From positions 112,268-176,267 of the IMG/VR virus record IMGVR_UViG_3300028840_003497: a DNA stretch of 64,000 nucleotides; one strand, written 5' to 3'. Positions 45,824 through 56,009 of the stretch are shown piece by piece. The notes below the pieces were generated by a model. That model was not told where the DNA came from. It worked only from the letters and a program-made list of their open reading frames with translations, and made no database searches. Both the position numbers and the translations under genes were made by a program. Origin of the DNA: a virus. Each line of letters opens with the position of its first letter. The first letter of the stretch is position 1.

Positions 45824-48421
45824 TCAGTACCCCATGATATTCGGCACTCGGAACAACCAACCACGCCCGGCACCCGTCGCTGTGTTTTGCTCAGGAGCGA
45901 ACCAGATATTCTCACCATCAAATGCCGGATCAGCATAGATGTCATTCACCCCGGACCACGCAATATCAGGAACAATGCCTGCATGAAAATCGCGAACTAT
46001 CGTCTCAAGAGGTTGGCCTCCAGCTGGAGACACTGGCCAGTTTTGATTGGCACGCTGAACACCCAGTTTGGCAATAACATAGGTTTCATCCACTTCATCC
46101 CAGATCGGTGCCCAAATATTCTTCCCGTCAAAACAGGCACCTCCGATGTACGAATTTGGATAAGCAGTCGGCAGGAAATTCTTAACTTGCAGAGTCGCGC
46201 CCAACGCCACAGAGCGCTGCATTGCGACCCCAATCTCGCCAGCATTGTCACCTTGCCCAACAGCCCACACATTGTACCCGTCATAGTAAAGGCCCCTCGC
46301 GTGTGTGTACAACGCGGCATAATAGTACATTCCCCAGTTTGGAGTATTTACTGTCTGAAAGTCGCTAATGTTCAACTGGTAGATGTACTTAGCATTCAGC
46401 TGAGCACCTGTGTTTTCGTAAGTGGAAAAATAAACATTCTGACCATCAGACACCATCGGACCCATCGCATAAGTAGGATTCAAGAGAGCGGGACCGCTGC
46501 CAGTAGTGCAGTCGCCACAGCCGAAACTCATAATAGCCCCATCGGCCTTGCGTATCTTGCGTAGGCCAGCAGTCGCAGGAGTTCCGCCAAACAGATTCTG
46601 ACCACTTGCGTTCGCTGCCAAATAGCTATCGTCGATGCATATCAAACGGTTCCTTTTGTCGTACCACGGAGCCGCGCTAAATGACGGACCCACCTGTGCT
46701 CCTGCTGCGGGCCACGACGAATCAAGTGTCGTGCCAAACCCAAATTTATAAACACGACTATCGCTGAGATTGCCTGCATCCGTGACTCTGATATAGACAT
46801 CCTCACCATCGACGGCAATATCATCATATACCCACGCGCTTGTTGGAGCAGGAAGAGATGCTATATAATCGTACTCCGTCAATGTCCTCGTCACAGGATC
46901 GTACCATCCAACCCTGTCCAGAGTTATCGGCGTCAACGAACTACGCATGAGCATGACAAGAGTCGTCGAATCACCAAGACGCCAAGGAATGATCTTGTCA
47001 ATGGCATAAGGGTTCAGCAACGAGTCAGCAATATAGTGAGAATTCAGATAAGCATACGAAACTGCGTCATTGCGGGATAAGACATGCAAATGCTGTGTGA
47101 GATCTTCGTCGCGCATATTTTCGGACGCGGTTCCACGCACCCGACGATGCAGCGAATTAAGCACTGCCTGGGCATTCAAATCTTCGTCAATATCTTCCGC
47201 CAAGGGCCACAACGGTGGCGCTTCTTTGTGCTGAGATATTACCTCGATAGAGTGCGGCTGAACGTTCACCGGAGAAGCCTGAACCGGAGCCTGATCCGTG
47301 GTTGAAAAAGTTGTCTTCTTATAACCAGTTACCAAGAAATCCTGTGCTGCCTGATCTTCAGTGAAAAAAGAAATCTCCAAGACCGGGTTGTTGTAAAAAC
47401 CCTCAGAGTCAGCGTCTGTAGATGGTCTCATAGCTGTCGCACCACCCGTTAGCCATAACCTAAAAACGCGCAGACCACCTTGATCCTCCTCGAAATAGGC
47501 TGGCTCCCACTCGTGTTTATTAGGGTGCAAAAGACCGTCGTAATCGGAGGCGAGTTTGAAGTATTTACTCGCATCACTAGAGTCCCCACCTTTTCCGACA
47601 TACCAATCTCCGGTTAAAGTAACCTTAACCGGATTCGATCCAAGGGGGTCTATGTTAATCAGTTCGCTGGCAGGCTCCGCGACATACTTATTTGCTACAT
47701 CATCCATCGTAGCAAACGGATTCGATGTATCCGGGCTGTTCGCCGCGTCCATCCCCTCTTTCTGATCGTTTGAAGGAATTCTCCACGCGCTAATAGAGTC
47801 CAAGTAACCCCACCGACTATCACCCCAGACAAGCCCAGCGCCCGTCTGATCCTGTGTCGGAGCGGGAAGCCTTCTCCCGCTGAAAACGTCAGCTATCACC
47901 AGTGGATTTGTGATATCAAACGAGATGATCGAGGATCCAGGTGTCACTGGAATGCGACCGATTTTGATCACGTTCATGTCATAGTTCGAGGAGGCAACGT
48001 TGTACGGATCCTCATCCGAAACATCGTAAGTCACCACCGTCGTAGACCCTATCTGGTACTGCGCCGTGATATATGGATACAAATAGGTCACGCCAGCCGG
48101 TATGGGGATCAATGAAGTTCCGCTCAAATCTATCTGAACGTCACTGACCTCCCGAATCGAAAGAGCATACGCATCGTAGTTGGGAGCGCCGTCATTGTAC
48201 TCCGCGTAAATAGCAAAAGAGTCAACGTCGATACCGAGTCCAAGTGGATCAACTCCGAGCCAAAAACTGGCATCAGGAACAGTCGACTGCCTCGGGATAA
48301 ACCCACGGTAGCACCCACGCGGAATAGCAGTTGCCTTCTCATTCACGCCTTCGGTGACATAACGCTCCCGGTACCGGAGCTTGACCTTTTCCACACTGAC
48401 AGAAAAATTTTCAACCGTCAT
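45824..48421 (-). CDS. baseplate/tail structural protein with beta-propeller-like C-terminus
   Basis: 865 aa in tail module; repeated (F/Y/S)DG.N(I/V)(W/Y) motifs. Confidence 0.65.
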   Translation of the reverse strand: MTVENFSVSVEKVKLRYRERYVTEGVNEKATAIPRGCYRGFIPRQSTVPDASFWLGVDPLGLGIDVDSFAIYAEYNDGAPNYDAYALSIREVSDVQIDLSGTSLIPIPAGVTYLYPYITAQYQIGSTTVVTYDVSDEDPYNVASSNYDMNVIKIGRIPVTPGSSIISFDITNPLVIADVFSGRRLPAPTQDQTGAGLVWGDSRWGYLDSISAWRIPSNDQKEGMDAANSPDTSNPFATMDDVANKYVAEPASELINIDPLGSNPVKVTLTGDWYVGKGGDSSDASKYFKLASDYDGLLHPNKHEWEPAYFEEDQGGLRVFRLWLTGGATAMRPSTDADSEGFYNNPVLEISFFTEDQAAQDFLVTGYKKTTFSTTDQAPVQASPVNVQPHSIEVISQHKEAPPLWPLAEDIDEDLNAQAVLNSLHRRVRGTASENMRDEDLTQHLHVLSRNDAVSYAYLNSHYIADSLLNPYAIDKIIPWRLGDSTTLVMLMRSSLTPITLDRVGWYDPVTRTLTEYDYIASLPAPTSAWVYDDIAVDGEDVYIRVTDAGNLSDSRVYKFGFGTTLDSSWPAAGAQVGPSFSAAPWYDKRNRLICIDDSYLAANASGQNLFGGTPATAGLRKIRKADGAIMSFGCGDCTTGSGPALLNPTYAMGPMVSDGQNVYFSTYENTGAQLNAKYIYQLNISDFQTVNTPNWGMYYYAALYTHARGLYYDGYNVWAVGQGDNAGEIGVAMQRSVALGATLQVKNFLPTAYPNSYIGGACFDGKNIWAPIWDEVDETYVIAKLGVQRANQNWPVSPAGGQPLETIVRDFHAGIVPDIAWSGVNDIYADPAFDGENIWFAPEQNTATGAGRGWLFRVPNIMGY

Positions 48422-48424
48422 TTT

Positions 48425-51400
48425 CTACCTCAAATACTTCGAAACGGTGAAGGTGAATCGCACGTCTCCATACGAAATCCCACCCGTGTCCAGCGCCTCG
48501 ATTTTGACGGGGCTGTTGTTTCCAATAAGGGCTGTCACATCCAGCCCGTCTACTACGTTATACCACACATCAGGATCGCTCACGTTCGTCGTGTCCATCA
48601 CATCCCAAACAGGCAGCAGATTCACTACTCTAGTCCAAACCACAGTTCCATCATTTGTCGTATTCCCAATTACAGTATCCCAAGTTGGCTCAGCACCGCC
48701 ACTCGTTCCCGTAGTAGTACACTCATATCTGTCACCAGCAGAAGAATAAACATAATCACCAAGTTCATATGCAGTATCCGACTCCCAAGGAGGAGAAATC
48801 GCAGCCTCATTAAAGAGCTTCATGTGCTGTTGCTGACCGAGGCTCATATCGCCTCGCTGATCCACCTTCATTAGAATCTTGGACGGCATCGTGTACAATT
48901 TACCATCCACAGTCGCATCGGGAATCGGGCCAATAACCTCAATCACAGTATCACTGCCATCATAAGTCACTCCGACAGCCGAATACTGACCATCGTTCCC
49001 GGTCGACCCACGGATCGTGAACACATCTCCAGCAACCACCTCAGATCGATGATCTCCATTGATAGTAAATGTGTCGCTTCCGATGTCGACCCCAGAAATA
49101 TCCGCAAGATCATCGGACAGAAATTCCCCGACCAGATTCTCGTCGATCGTGTTGCCGCCGGAAACATTCTCCAGGACCCACTCCTTCGTGATAGCCCAAT
49201 CCACCACCCTTGCGTGAATAGGAACAATTGAGGACCGAAATTTAGTCGCTCCCCCCACTCTCGGCGGGGCAATTTTATTCCTCATCCTGCTGATAGCCGC
49301 ATCCAGCATCTCGTCCGTATCGTAAAAGTCGTAAGCTTCTGCCGTCGGCTCGATCTCCACGCGCATCTTATAGGATCTGCAGAAGCAACAGTTTCCCATA
49401 TCAACCTCCGGGTAGTATCGGACCGCGACATCGGTCCACCCCATATCCCCATCGGCCACCGCACTGGATATTACCTCGTTTACAACGACTTCAGTATCCG
49501 AACCGGCCAAAGTAACAGTAGCCACTGTGTAGATCTGATCATTCCCAGTCGACCGCATCACCGCAACGGAATCCCCGGGCGAAATAGTCGCAGTATGATC
49601 TCCGGAGATAGTAAACTCCTTGCCCGGCTGATCCACCGCGATAATGTCAGCATGACCCACAGTCGGTCCCGGGTATGGGTTCCCACTGGAATCCTTGCCG
49701 ACCCCGACAATAATAGTCCACTCCCCAACGTCTTCATCGGTCGTCGGTCCGGCAGCCGTCAAAGTCCATGGAGTATAAACATCGTCAATCCAAAAAACAC
49801 TATCGTCCAGCACCGGAGGAACTCCCTCCGCCTTGTCGTACTCGGTCAGACCGAATGGACCCTTGATCCAGTTAAATGCGTACTCCTGACACCGCATCAT
49901 CCTGACCACCACCCGATACCCAGCCACGAAACCGTAGGAGGCGGCCTCTGTGTCCGTCAGGAGCGTCGCAGAAACCACCCCGGCAGGATCCCTTGGGGTC
50001 GCCGAGGAAGGGTGCGGTGGGGGCGCTACAAAAGCGTAGAAGCCCTGCGTAACATCGAGTCCATATGCCAGGGCGATCGAGTATCCGTCCGTCGATGTGT
50101 CCTCGTACATCACCGCATTGTCCATCAAGGTCGCCCACATTGACGTATCCGGATCCCATAGCTCTTGATCTCCGGAGATGTCATCGAACCGAATATAGCG
50201 CGGATCCACGTCCGTGTAGAGTTCTCCGTGGTAAACGAACTGATGATAAGATGAGAGAGAACCCCACAAACCCGAATCACAAACAGCCCACATCGCCCGA
50301 GCGTACACCGTGAACAAACTGATTTCACCACGTATACGGTAAGAATCCTGTGTCGATTTCAGCCCATGATACTTCGTAATATTTGCGATCGTAGACCGCT
50401 GCACAGCCTCGGGATCGTTCTTATCATTGTCAAACCCAAAATCCCGGGCCAAATAGTCGATAATTCTCGGCGGGTAGAATGGCAGATAGTACCCACGCAC
50501 ATTCCACTTCGCACGGATATCACTATCCGAAATCGAAACATCTCCAGCCGCCGTCAGATCAATAGCAATCTGCCCGGTCTGATAGTTGATCGTCCCGTAG
50601 GAAGTTGTCGTGTCGATCTGTCCAGGTGTCCCGCTCTCCGGATACAAATTACCCGTCTCAGTGGCGACCCCGTCAGGCACATCGTAGAGGTCGAAATCCA
50701 CGCCTCCAACCGACAGATCAAGTCGCACACGGAATTTAGCATCAGCAGTCAGCCATGGTGACCCGCCAGTCGTATTAAACTCAATCCTCACCGGAGTGTA
50801 TGGAAACTCAGCATCCGGAGTCGCCGACGCATCACCTTCGCCAATATTCGTCCAGTCCGTCCTCCAGACAACTCCATCCGTAAAGTAGTCGAAGAAGATT
50901 CGGAGATCCCCCCCCGCTACCCACACCTCATTCGCCTGGGAATTATCTGAATCGTATGGTGTCTCGGGCCAATCAAAACTGCGTGTTCTAACGCGCGCAA
51001 CCTTATAAGGAACTTGATCCCAGGTCGCTTCCCACCATCGAGCAACCTTCGAGATCGGAGCATACGGCCACCATCCCCACCACTCCTCCAGCTCATCCTC
51101 GTCGGAAGTGGGGATATCATCCTCGTCATGGTTCGGCATGTCTCCATAGACCTTCTCGCCGACCAGCCTGACAACCTGACCCCAGAAAGGATCCTCATAG
51201 TTGAACGCCTCAGTGAAGTAGAACCACTCCTCTTCACCCGCGCGTGCGCGAACCTCGTAAGGCTCACGCTGCCGAGGGAGCGCACCGATTTGCTGCAGGA
51301 ACGATTCGCACTCGTCCCCCCATGCCTTCATCTGACTCTCCAGATGGCCTTCAACGTCCAGCTGTCGATGCTGGCCTGGAATCTTCTCCCAGAAAACCTT

Positions 51401-51460
51401 CCGGCCCCAGTATCCCTGGCCAAAAAATCCGTAGCTGCTTGGATCACTCGGTCCTGGCAC
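48425..51460 (-). CDS. baseplate wedge-like protein with a carbohydrate-binding-like module
   Basis: IDYLARDFG...K.T..SY pattern; duplicated FTI.GDH.....GD...V..STGND..Y module; WESDTAYELGD...YEC...GTSG..EPTW...DGTVVW. Confidence 0.65.
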   Translation of the reverse strand: MPGPSDPSSYGFFGQGYWGRKVFWEKIPGQHRQLDVEGHLESQMKAWGDECESFLQQIGALPRQREPYEVRARAGEEEWFYFTEAFNYEDPFWGQVVRLVGEKVYGDMPNHDEDDIPTSDEDELEEWWGWWPYAPISKVARWWEATWDQVPYKVARVRTRSFDWPETPYDSDNSQANEVWVAGGDLRIFFDYFTDGVVWRTDWTNIGEGDASATPDAEFPYTPVRIEFNTTGGSPWLTADAKFRVRLDLSVGGVDFDLYDVPDGVATETGNLYPESGTPGQIDTTTSYGTINYQTGQIAIDLTAAGDVSISDSDIRAKWNVRGYYLPFYPPRIIDYLARDFGFDNDKNDPEAVQRSTIANITKYHGLKSTQDSYRIRGEISLFTVYARAMWAVCDSGLWGSLSSYHQFVYHGELYTDVDPRYIRFDDISGDQELWDPDTSMWATLMDNAVMYEDTSTDGYSIALAYGLDVTQGFYAFVAPPPHPSSATPRDPAGVVSATLLTDTEAASYGFVAGYRVVVRMMRCQEYAFNWIKGPFGLTEYDKAEGVPPVLDDSVFWIDDVYTPWTLTAAGPTTDEDVGEWTIIVGVGKDSSGNPYPGPTVGHADIIAVDQPGKEFTISGDHTATISPGDSVAVMRSTGNDQIYTVATVTLAGSDTEVVVNEVISSAVADGDMGWTDVAVRYYPEVDMGNCCFCRSYKMRVEIEPTAEAYDFYDTDEMLDAAISRMRNKIAPPRVGGATKFRSSIVPIHARVVDWAITKEWVLENVSGGNTIDENLVGEFLSDDLADISGVDIGSDTFTINGDHRSEVVAGDVFTIRGSTGNDGQYSAVGVTYDGSDTVIEVIGPIPDATVDGKLYTMPSKILMKVDQRGDMSLGQQQHMKLFNEAAISPPWESDTAYELGDYVYSSAGDRYECTTTGTSGGAEPTWDTVIGNTTNDGTVVWTRVVNLLPVWDVMDTTNVSDPDVWYNVVDGLDVTALIGNNSPVKIEALDTGGISYGDVRFTFTVSKYLR

Positions 51461-51507
51461 CCTTTGCCTCCTCGTTAAACACTAATTGTCTCCCTGAATA
51501 TTTCATA

Positions 51508-52470
51508 TCAGGAAACCCTATCAATATCTTCTTCCCACTGAAGCCAAACACCGGCAACTCCAACATCCTGTGCATAGTCATCATCACCATGACTGACATC
51601 TCTATTAATCTTCAGGAATAATCCATCTCCTGCGTTCACGGCCATGTCATCTGACCAGTCAGTAATGAACCTGTCGTACTGATCCGTTACACCAGCGGCA
51701 TACAAATCTGCTAAAGACGAAACCACCGGAGTCGGTGTTAAAGTACCTCCAAGAGTTCCGCCCTGAGCTATTTCGAAATTAGCCAGTTCAAAAGCAACAC
51801 CCTCACCAGAAGCCGGTCCAGTAGCCTCAGAAATCCAACCGACCACCCTGTAAGCAAACGTATCATCGACAACATTGCCCGGCATCTCCATCATGATGTT
51901 TACATCCTCATCAGCTGCGTCATCGAATTTTCGTATCCGTACTGACCCAGGTGAATCTGTCAGAGTCTCCGCAGCAGCTGGTGGTGTACCTCCGTCAATA
52001 AAATCCTCTATAGGTACAAACATCTGTTTCTTTACACGTTTAGGGCCATTGAAAAAACATTGCGCACCCGTGGTTACATCTGTCCACAGACCTTGACCGT
52101 TTTCCGCGAACCAACCCGTAGCTCCATCAGAACGCAATTTTATCAGGCCGAAATATTCCGATGTTCTCACATTGTTTACCGTAGAGCCGATGGCTCCTGG
52201 AAACGATATGGCCTGCCCAGAGTGCGCCTTGATGTCCATACTAGCAATGTTGATTATGACTATCCAATCACCCATTTTAGTGAGCGTTGCGTCAGGGGCC
52301 GTAAACACATATGGAGGGCTGCCTCCGGGATACGCCAGGAAATACGAGTACAGATCATCTACGGTCAGAACTCGATCTGCTGTGACCTGGGTCATGCCCT
52401 CAACTAAAGCTGCATTTTTCAAAGACCCAAATTCAAAACCTAATGGACCGTCTGTTTTTATGTCTTTCAT
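51508..52470 (-). CDS. tail fibre-associated protein
   Basis: Position in tail module; beta-rich composition. Confidence 0.55.
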   Translation of the reverse strand: MKDIKTDGPLGFEFGSLKNAALVEGMTQVTADRVLTVDDLYSYFLAYPGGSPPYVFTAPDATLTKMGDWIVIINIASMDIKAHSGQAISFPGAIGSTVNNVRTSEYFGLIKLRSDGATGWFAENGQGLWTDVTTGAQCFFNGPKRVKKQMFVPIEDFIDGGTPPAAAETLTDSPGSVRIRKFDDAADEDVNIMMEMPGNVVDDTFAYRVVGWISEATGPASGEGVAFELANFEIAQGGTLGGTLTPTPVVSSLADLYAAGVTDQYDRFITDWSDDMAVNAGDGLFLKINRDVSHGDDDYAQDVGVAGVWLQWEEDIDRVS

Positions 52471-52480
52471 TTTAATCTCT

Positions 52481-55400
52481 CTACGGTGCTGGGGTGTACA
52501 GCTCGTCTACAGTTAAAGCGCACAGCCAATCCACGTTCTTACCTATATCCCCTGTAGCTAAGACCCTAATCTCATCCGGTGTCGGCGTCGTGTTTATATC
52601 GAAATCTATATCCCAATCCGCTTCGGCGTATCCTGATTCATTGGTCTGAGTAACTGTTTCTACGTTTAATGAACCGGTCACTATGGCTCCATCAATAACC
52701 CCAAACTCACCCTTCCATGCTCGCATAGCTGTATTCTCGGAAGCCGCCGTGATACGGAAACTAATCTGCAACGCTTTACTGGTAGGAAGCGGCAAACCCG
52801 TACCTGAACTGGCATACGAATAAAGGTTCATGGCTGTCTCGGTGTCATCAGTAGTGCGTAGAGTCAACTCGATGTCCACCACCTGTGCTCGACCAATACC
52901 TGCACTAGAACCATGGCGCGTTCCCTTTACTGAAGCACCATACCATCCTTCATTGCCTTCACCGTATCGACCGAGAATCCTTTGAAAATCATCGTTGCCA
53001 TCACCGTTTAGCCCGTCAAGGATCGAGTAAACCCCAGCAGTAATTGCATTAGGATATTCATCGCTGTGACGGATTCTGCCACCAGACGAAAGGTCGGCAT
53101 GCAACCCTGCGCCCATACTTCTCCACCAGTCAACTCCCTGAATGCCATTAGTCCAGTCGTTGGCAGTTGAAGAGAAACCAATGTCGATCAACTTTTGCAA
53201 TGTTGCATCATCACCCATCAACGCCTGAGCATCTCTCGCAGCCTGAGCAGATCCCATAACAACAGTGGAACCTGGGAACCAAGTCACTCCCTGCATACCA
53301 AGAAGTCCCTGATGAATACCTATGCTATCTGGTGCGCCATCGATCATTCCACCGTATCCAGACGATCCGTCAGTAGGGTCATCATCGGGGTCGCTGTCTG
53401 CCAACGCAGTATTAGACAACGAGGTCAGCATAACCTCACCACACAACGTCATTCCAGTTAGTTTGGAATCAACTGCAAAAAGTCTGAGTGCATTGCGCTG
53501 TGCAGCAGTAGGCGTTGCAGCTTCTTTCTGTCCTCCCCAACGATGACCTGAAGTGTTTTGAGAAACCCTGGTTAGATACGTATCAACATCACCTGTAGGC
53601 ACACCAGTGTTTCCAGAAGGTACAGTTTGGAGATCGCCCTCGGCTAATATATTTTCTAAGAACAGATATTTTGTTTCAACGGCTCCAGCTGCGGGAGTTG
53701 TATTTTGAATGTACAGATCTCCAATACTGCCGAAAGTCCCTACGCCCTTAATTATAAGCTCTGGCGGATGTGTTGTAGGGCTCGTAGTAGCCGCCCAATC
53801 AGCAAACCTCAAGTCCCAGGTGATGACACCGGTAATCGATGCACCATTTCGTAGCTCAATTTCAATTTTCTGAAACGTCTGTCTAATTGTCAGAGCATCA
53901 CTGAACGTCCCGCCTGTAACCACGATTCGTGGGTTCCAAACAAACGCTGTAGCATTCAACGGCGTCATAGCCGCCCAATCATCAAACACCTTGTCCAACG
54001 TAGCGTATGGGAATTCTTTCGAGCCATCGCCTTGTGTATCGTCACCATGAAAACCGTCGACATATATCGTGTTGTTGACCCCAGCTTCGTAATCCTGTCG
54101 CCGTGGAATATGATACCAACCTCCCACACCATACCAAGCAGCCGCTCCCGTAGTCACACCAGACTTCATAAACGAATGCCTCGTATACGCATCACCATAA
54201 AACGGATACGGTGTCCTAGCTACATTCTCGGAACCTACTCGCAACACTGACGAAACCGAATAAGCCCGATTGCACTTGATAAATGTTGGGCTCTGTGACG
54301 GATAACCAGACACACCACCAATAGCATTCTGAATCAACCCACCGTAACTGCCTGAACCATCGGACGGGTCCATATCTGAATCAATGTCATTCAGAGTTGT
54401 GTTAGATACATGTGTTATATCGACTTCACCACATAAGGTAGACATTCCGTAATAAAACAAACCGTTAACAATTCTCAACTTCAACTGATTACGGCCTGCA
54501 CCGTACACATCATATGTAGAACCGCGTACCCCTCCAACTCTGCCAACGAACGTTCCACCAATACTATAGAGGGTCGTAGCTCCTGTCTCCACGGAAGCGT
54601 CATCGGTTGGCAGATTAAGAAGGTTTCCAGTAACCGCCACGTTATCTAAAATCACTGTCTGATTCGACGTTGGTCCCGCCGCCGCACTTGGATTAGCATT
54701 GACTATGTGCAAGTTTGTTATCGCCCCAAGACCTGCATCACCACTGACAACTAAAGTAGCATTCGTTCCGCCGCCAAAGGCTTTGTCCGTATCCAACTCC
54801 CAAGTAAAAGTTCCCGTGATAAGCACCTTGCCATTTAACTTCAGTATCGTGTTCCACCGCATGGGGAGCGTCCCAGCAACATATGAACCTGGAGCAAAAA
54901 TGTACCTTATAGGCGTGTTGTATTCACCGACCGTCGTGGGGTCTCCCTGTTGGGCTCTGGCATATGTATAAGACGCATAGGGCAACCCTGGAGAGCCATT
55001 GTTCGGCGCTGCATCTAAACCGTTCGTAACGTCAATATAAACATCCTGAAGACCGGCAGGCATACCACCGCCATCATTCGCAGCCCACTTCATTCCGCCA
55101 GATTTCGTACTATCAGCTACTAAAACAAAATCATTGGTCGGCCCAGTATCTAGCTTCAAATTCGCTTCATCAATAACGTTATCTGCAACTGTAGCTGGGA
55201 AAGAACCTGTGCCACTTCCAGTGACTTCACCGGTCAACTCAATAGTCTGATCTCCTGTATTGCTGCCTGACAGCGAAACACCAGAATCTTTAATAATCTT
55301 TCCAGTAGATCCATCGAATTTTGCAACATTATCATCTGTCGCACTACCTGGACCAACAACATCTCCTGATCCGCCAGTAGCCGATATCTCCAACGTCTCG

Positions 55401-56005
55401 TTGCTGCCTGGATCTACTTCCGTAAGGGAAATTCCAGAACCCGCAACTAGCTTGCCGTTCAAATATCCAGCTGTAGTATCGTCTAGAGAAACTTTCACAG
55501 TATCCCCGATACTTCCGCCACCGGTAGGAGCAAATAGCCTCTGAGGTCCACTAGCAGTAGTCAGCTCAACACCCGTGTACCAAATAATATTATAGGAGTC
55601 GTCCACGTACCCGACTGGAATCACCTCCGGCGCGGTGTCCATACCCTGCGGATATACCTCCCAGCTAATATTCTGTGGCCCAACAGCCCCAGGAGTGAAT
55701 GTCAACCCCAACACAGAATCCGCATCCAACGAGATCTGCTCCTGCGCGAGCCGGATCTCCGTGAGGTGTGTACGCGAAACAAAGACAGCGGGACCGCTCA
55801 TCGACATAATATAGTTGCCAGGAGTCGGCTCCGTAATTTCAACGTTCGGCAACTCTTTCATAATAAGCTTCGCGTTGCTCATCGATGCGAAGACAGTGGC
55901 TTCAATATTCCGGATCAAATCCGAAAATATTTCCTGCCACTTCTGCCAGTCAGCATTCCACGCCGGGATAGGCCAATTAAATCGTTCGGTTTCGTTGCTC
56001 GCCAT
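52481..56005 (-). CDS. tail fibre / receptor-binding protein with two tandem domains
   Basis: VKVS.DDTTAGYL.GKL.AG.GI.L and GDV.GP.SATD fibre motifs; duplicated YID...G.D...GS...PY domain. Confidence 0.75.
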   Translation of the reverse strand: MASNETERFNWPIPAWNADWQKWQEIFSDLIRNIEATVFASMSNAKLIMKELPNVEITEPTPGNYIMSMSGPAVFVSRTHLTEIRLAQEQISLDADSVLGLTFTPGAVGPQNISWEVYPQGMDTAPEVIPVGYVDDSYNIIWYTGVELTTASGPQRLFAPTGGGSIGDTVKVSLDDTTAGYLNGKLVAGSGISLTEVDPGSNETLEISATGGSGDVVGPGSATDDNVAKFDGSTGKIIKDSGVSLSGSNTGDQTIELTGEVTGSGTGSFPATVADNVIDEANLKLDTGPTNDFVLVADSTKSGGMKWAANDGGGMPAGLQDVYIDVTNGLDAAPNNGSPGLPYASYTYARAQQGDPTTVGEYNTPIRYIFAPGSYVAGTLPMRWNTILKLNGKVLITGTFTWELDTDKAFGGGTNATLVVSGDAGLGAITNLHIVNANPSAAAGPTSNQTVILDNVAVTGNLLNLPTDDASVETGATTLYSIGGTFVGRVGGVRGSTYDVYGAGRNQLKLRIVNGLFYYGMSTLCGEVDITHVSNTTLNDIDSDMDPSDGSGSYGGLIQNAIGGVSGYPSQSPTFIKCNRAYSVSSVLRVGSENVARTPYPFYGDAYTRHSFMKSGVTTGAAAWYGVGGWYHIPRRQDYEAGVNNTIYVDGFHGDDTQGDGSKEFPYATLDKVFDDWAAMTPLNATAFVWNPRIVVTGGTFSDALTIRQTFQKIEIELRNGASITGVITWDLRFADWAATTSPTTHPPELIIKGVGTFGSIGDLYIQNTTPAAGAVETKYLFLENILAEGDLQTVPSGNTGVPTGDVDTYLTRVSQNTSGHRWGGQKEAATPTAAQRNALRLFAVDSKLTGMTLCGEVMLTSLSNTALADSDPDDDPTDGSSGYGGMIDGAPDSIGIHQGLLGMQGVTWFPGSTVVMGSAQAARDAQALMGDDATLQKLIDIGFSSTANDWTNGIQGVDWWRSMGAGLHADLSSGGRIRHSDEYPNAITAGVYSILDGLNGDGNDDFQRILGRYGEGNEGWYGASVKGTRHGSSAGIGRAQVVDIELTLRTTDDTETAMNLYSYASSGTGLPLPTSKALQISFRITAASENTAMRAWKGEFGVIDGAIVTGSLNVETVTQTNESGYAEADWDIDFDINTTPTPDEIRVLATGDIGKNVDWLCALTVDELYTPAP

Positions 56006-56009
56006 CTCG

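Noticed and set aside
45197-46564. 455-aa plus-strand ORF and other long plus-strand ORFs (e.g. 34045-35046, 9215-9976, 16226-16759)
   Set aside because: Antisense shadows of convincing minus-strand genes, with no motifs of their own.
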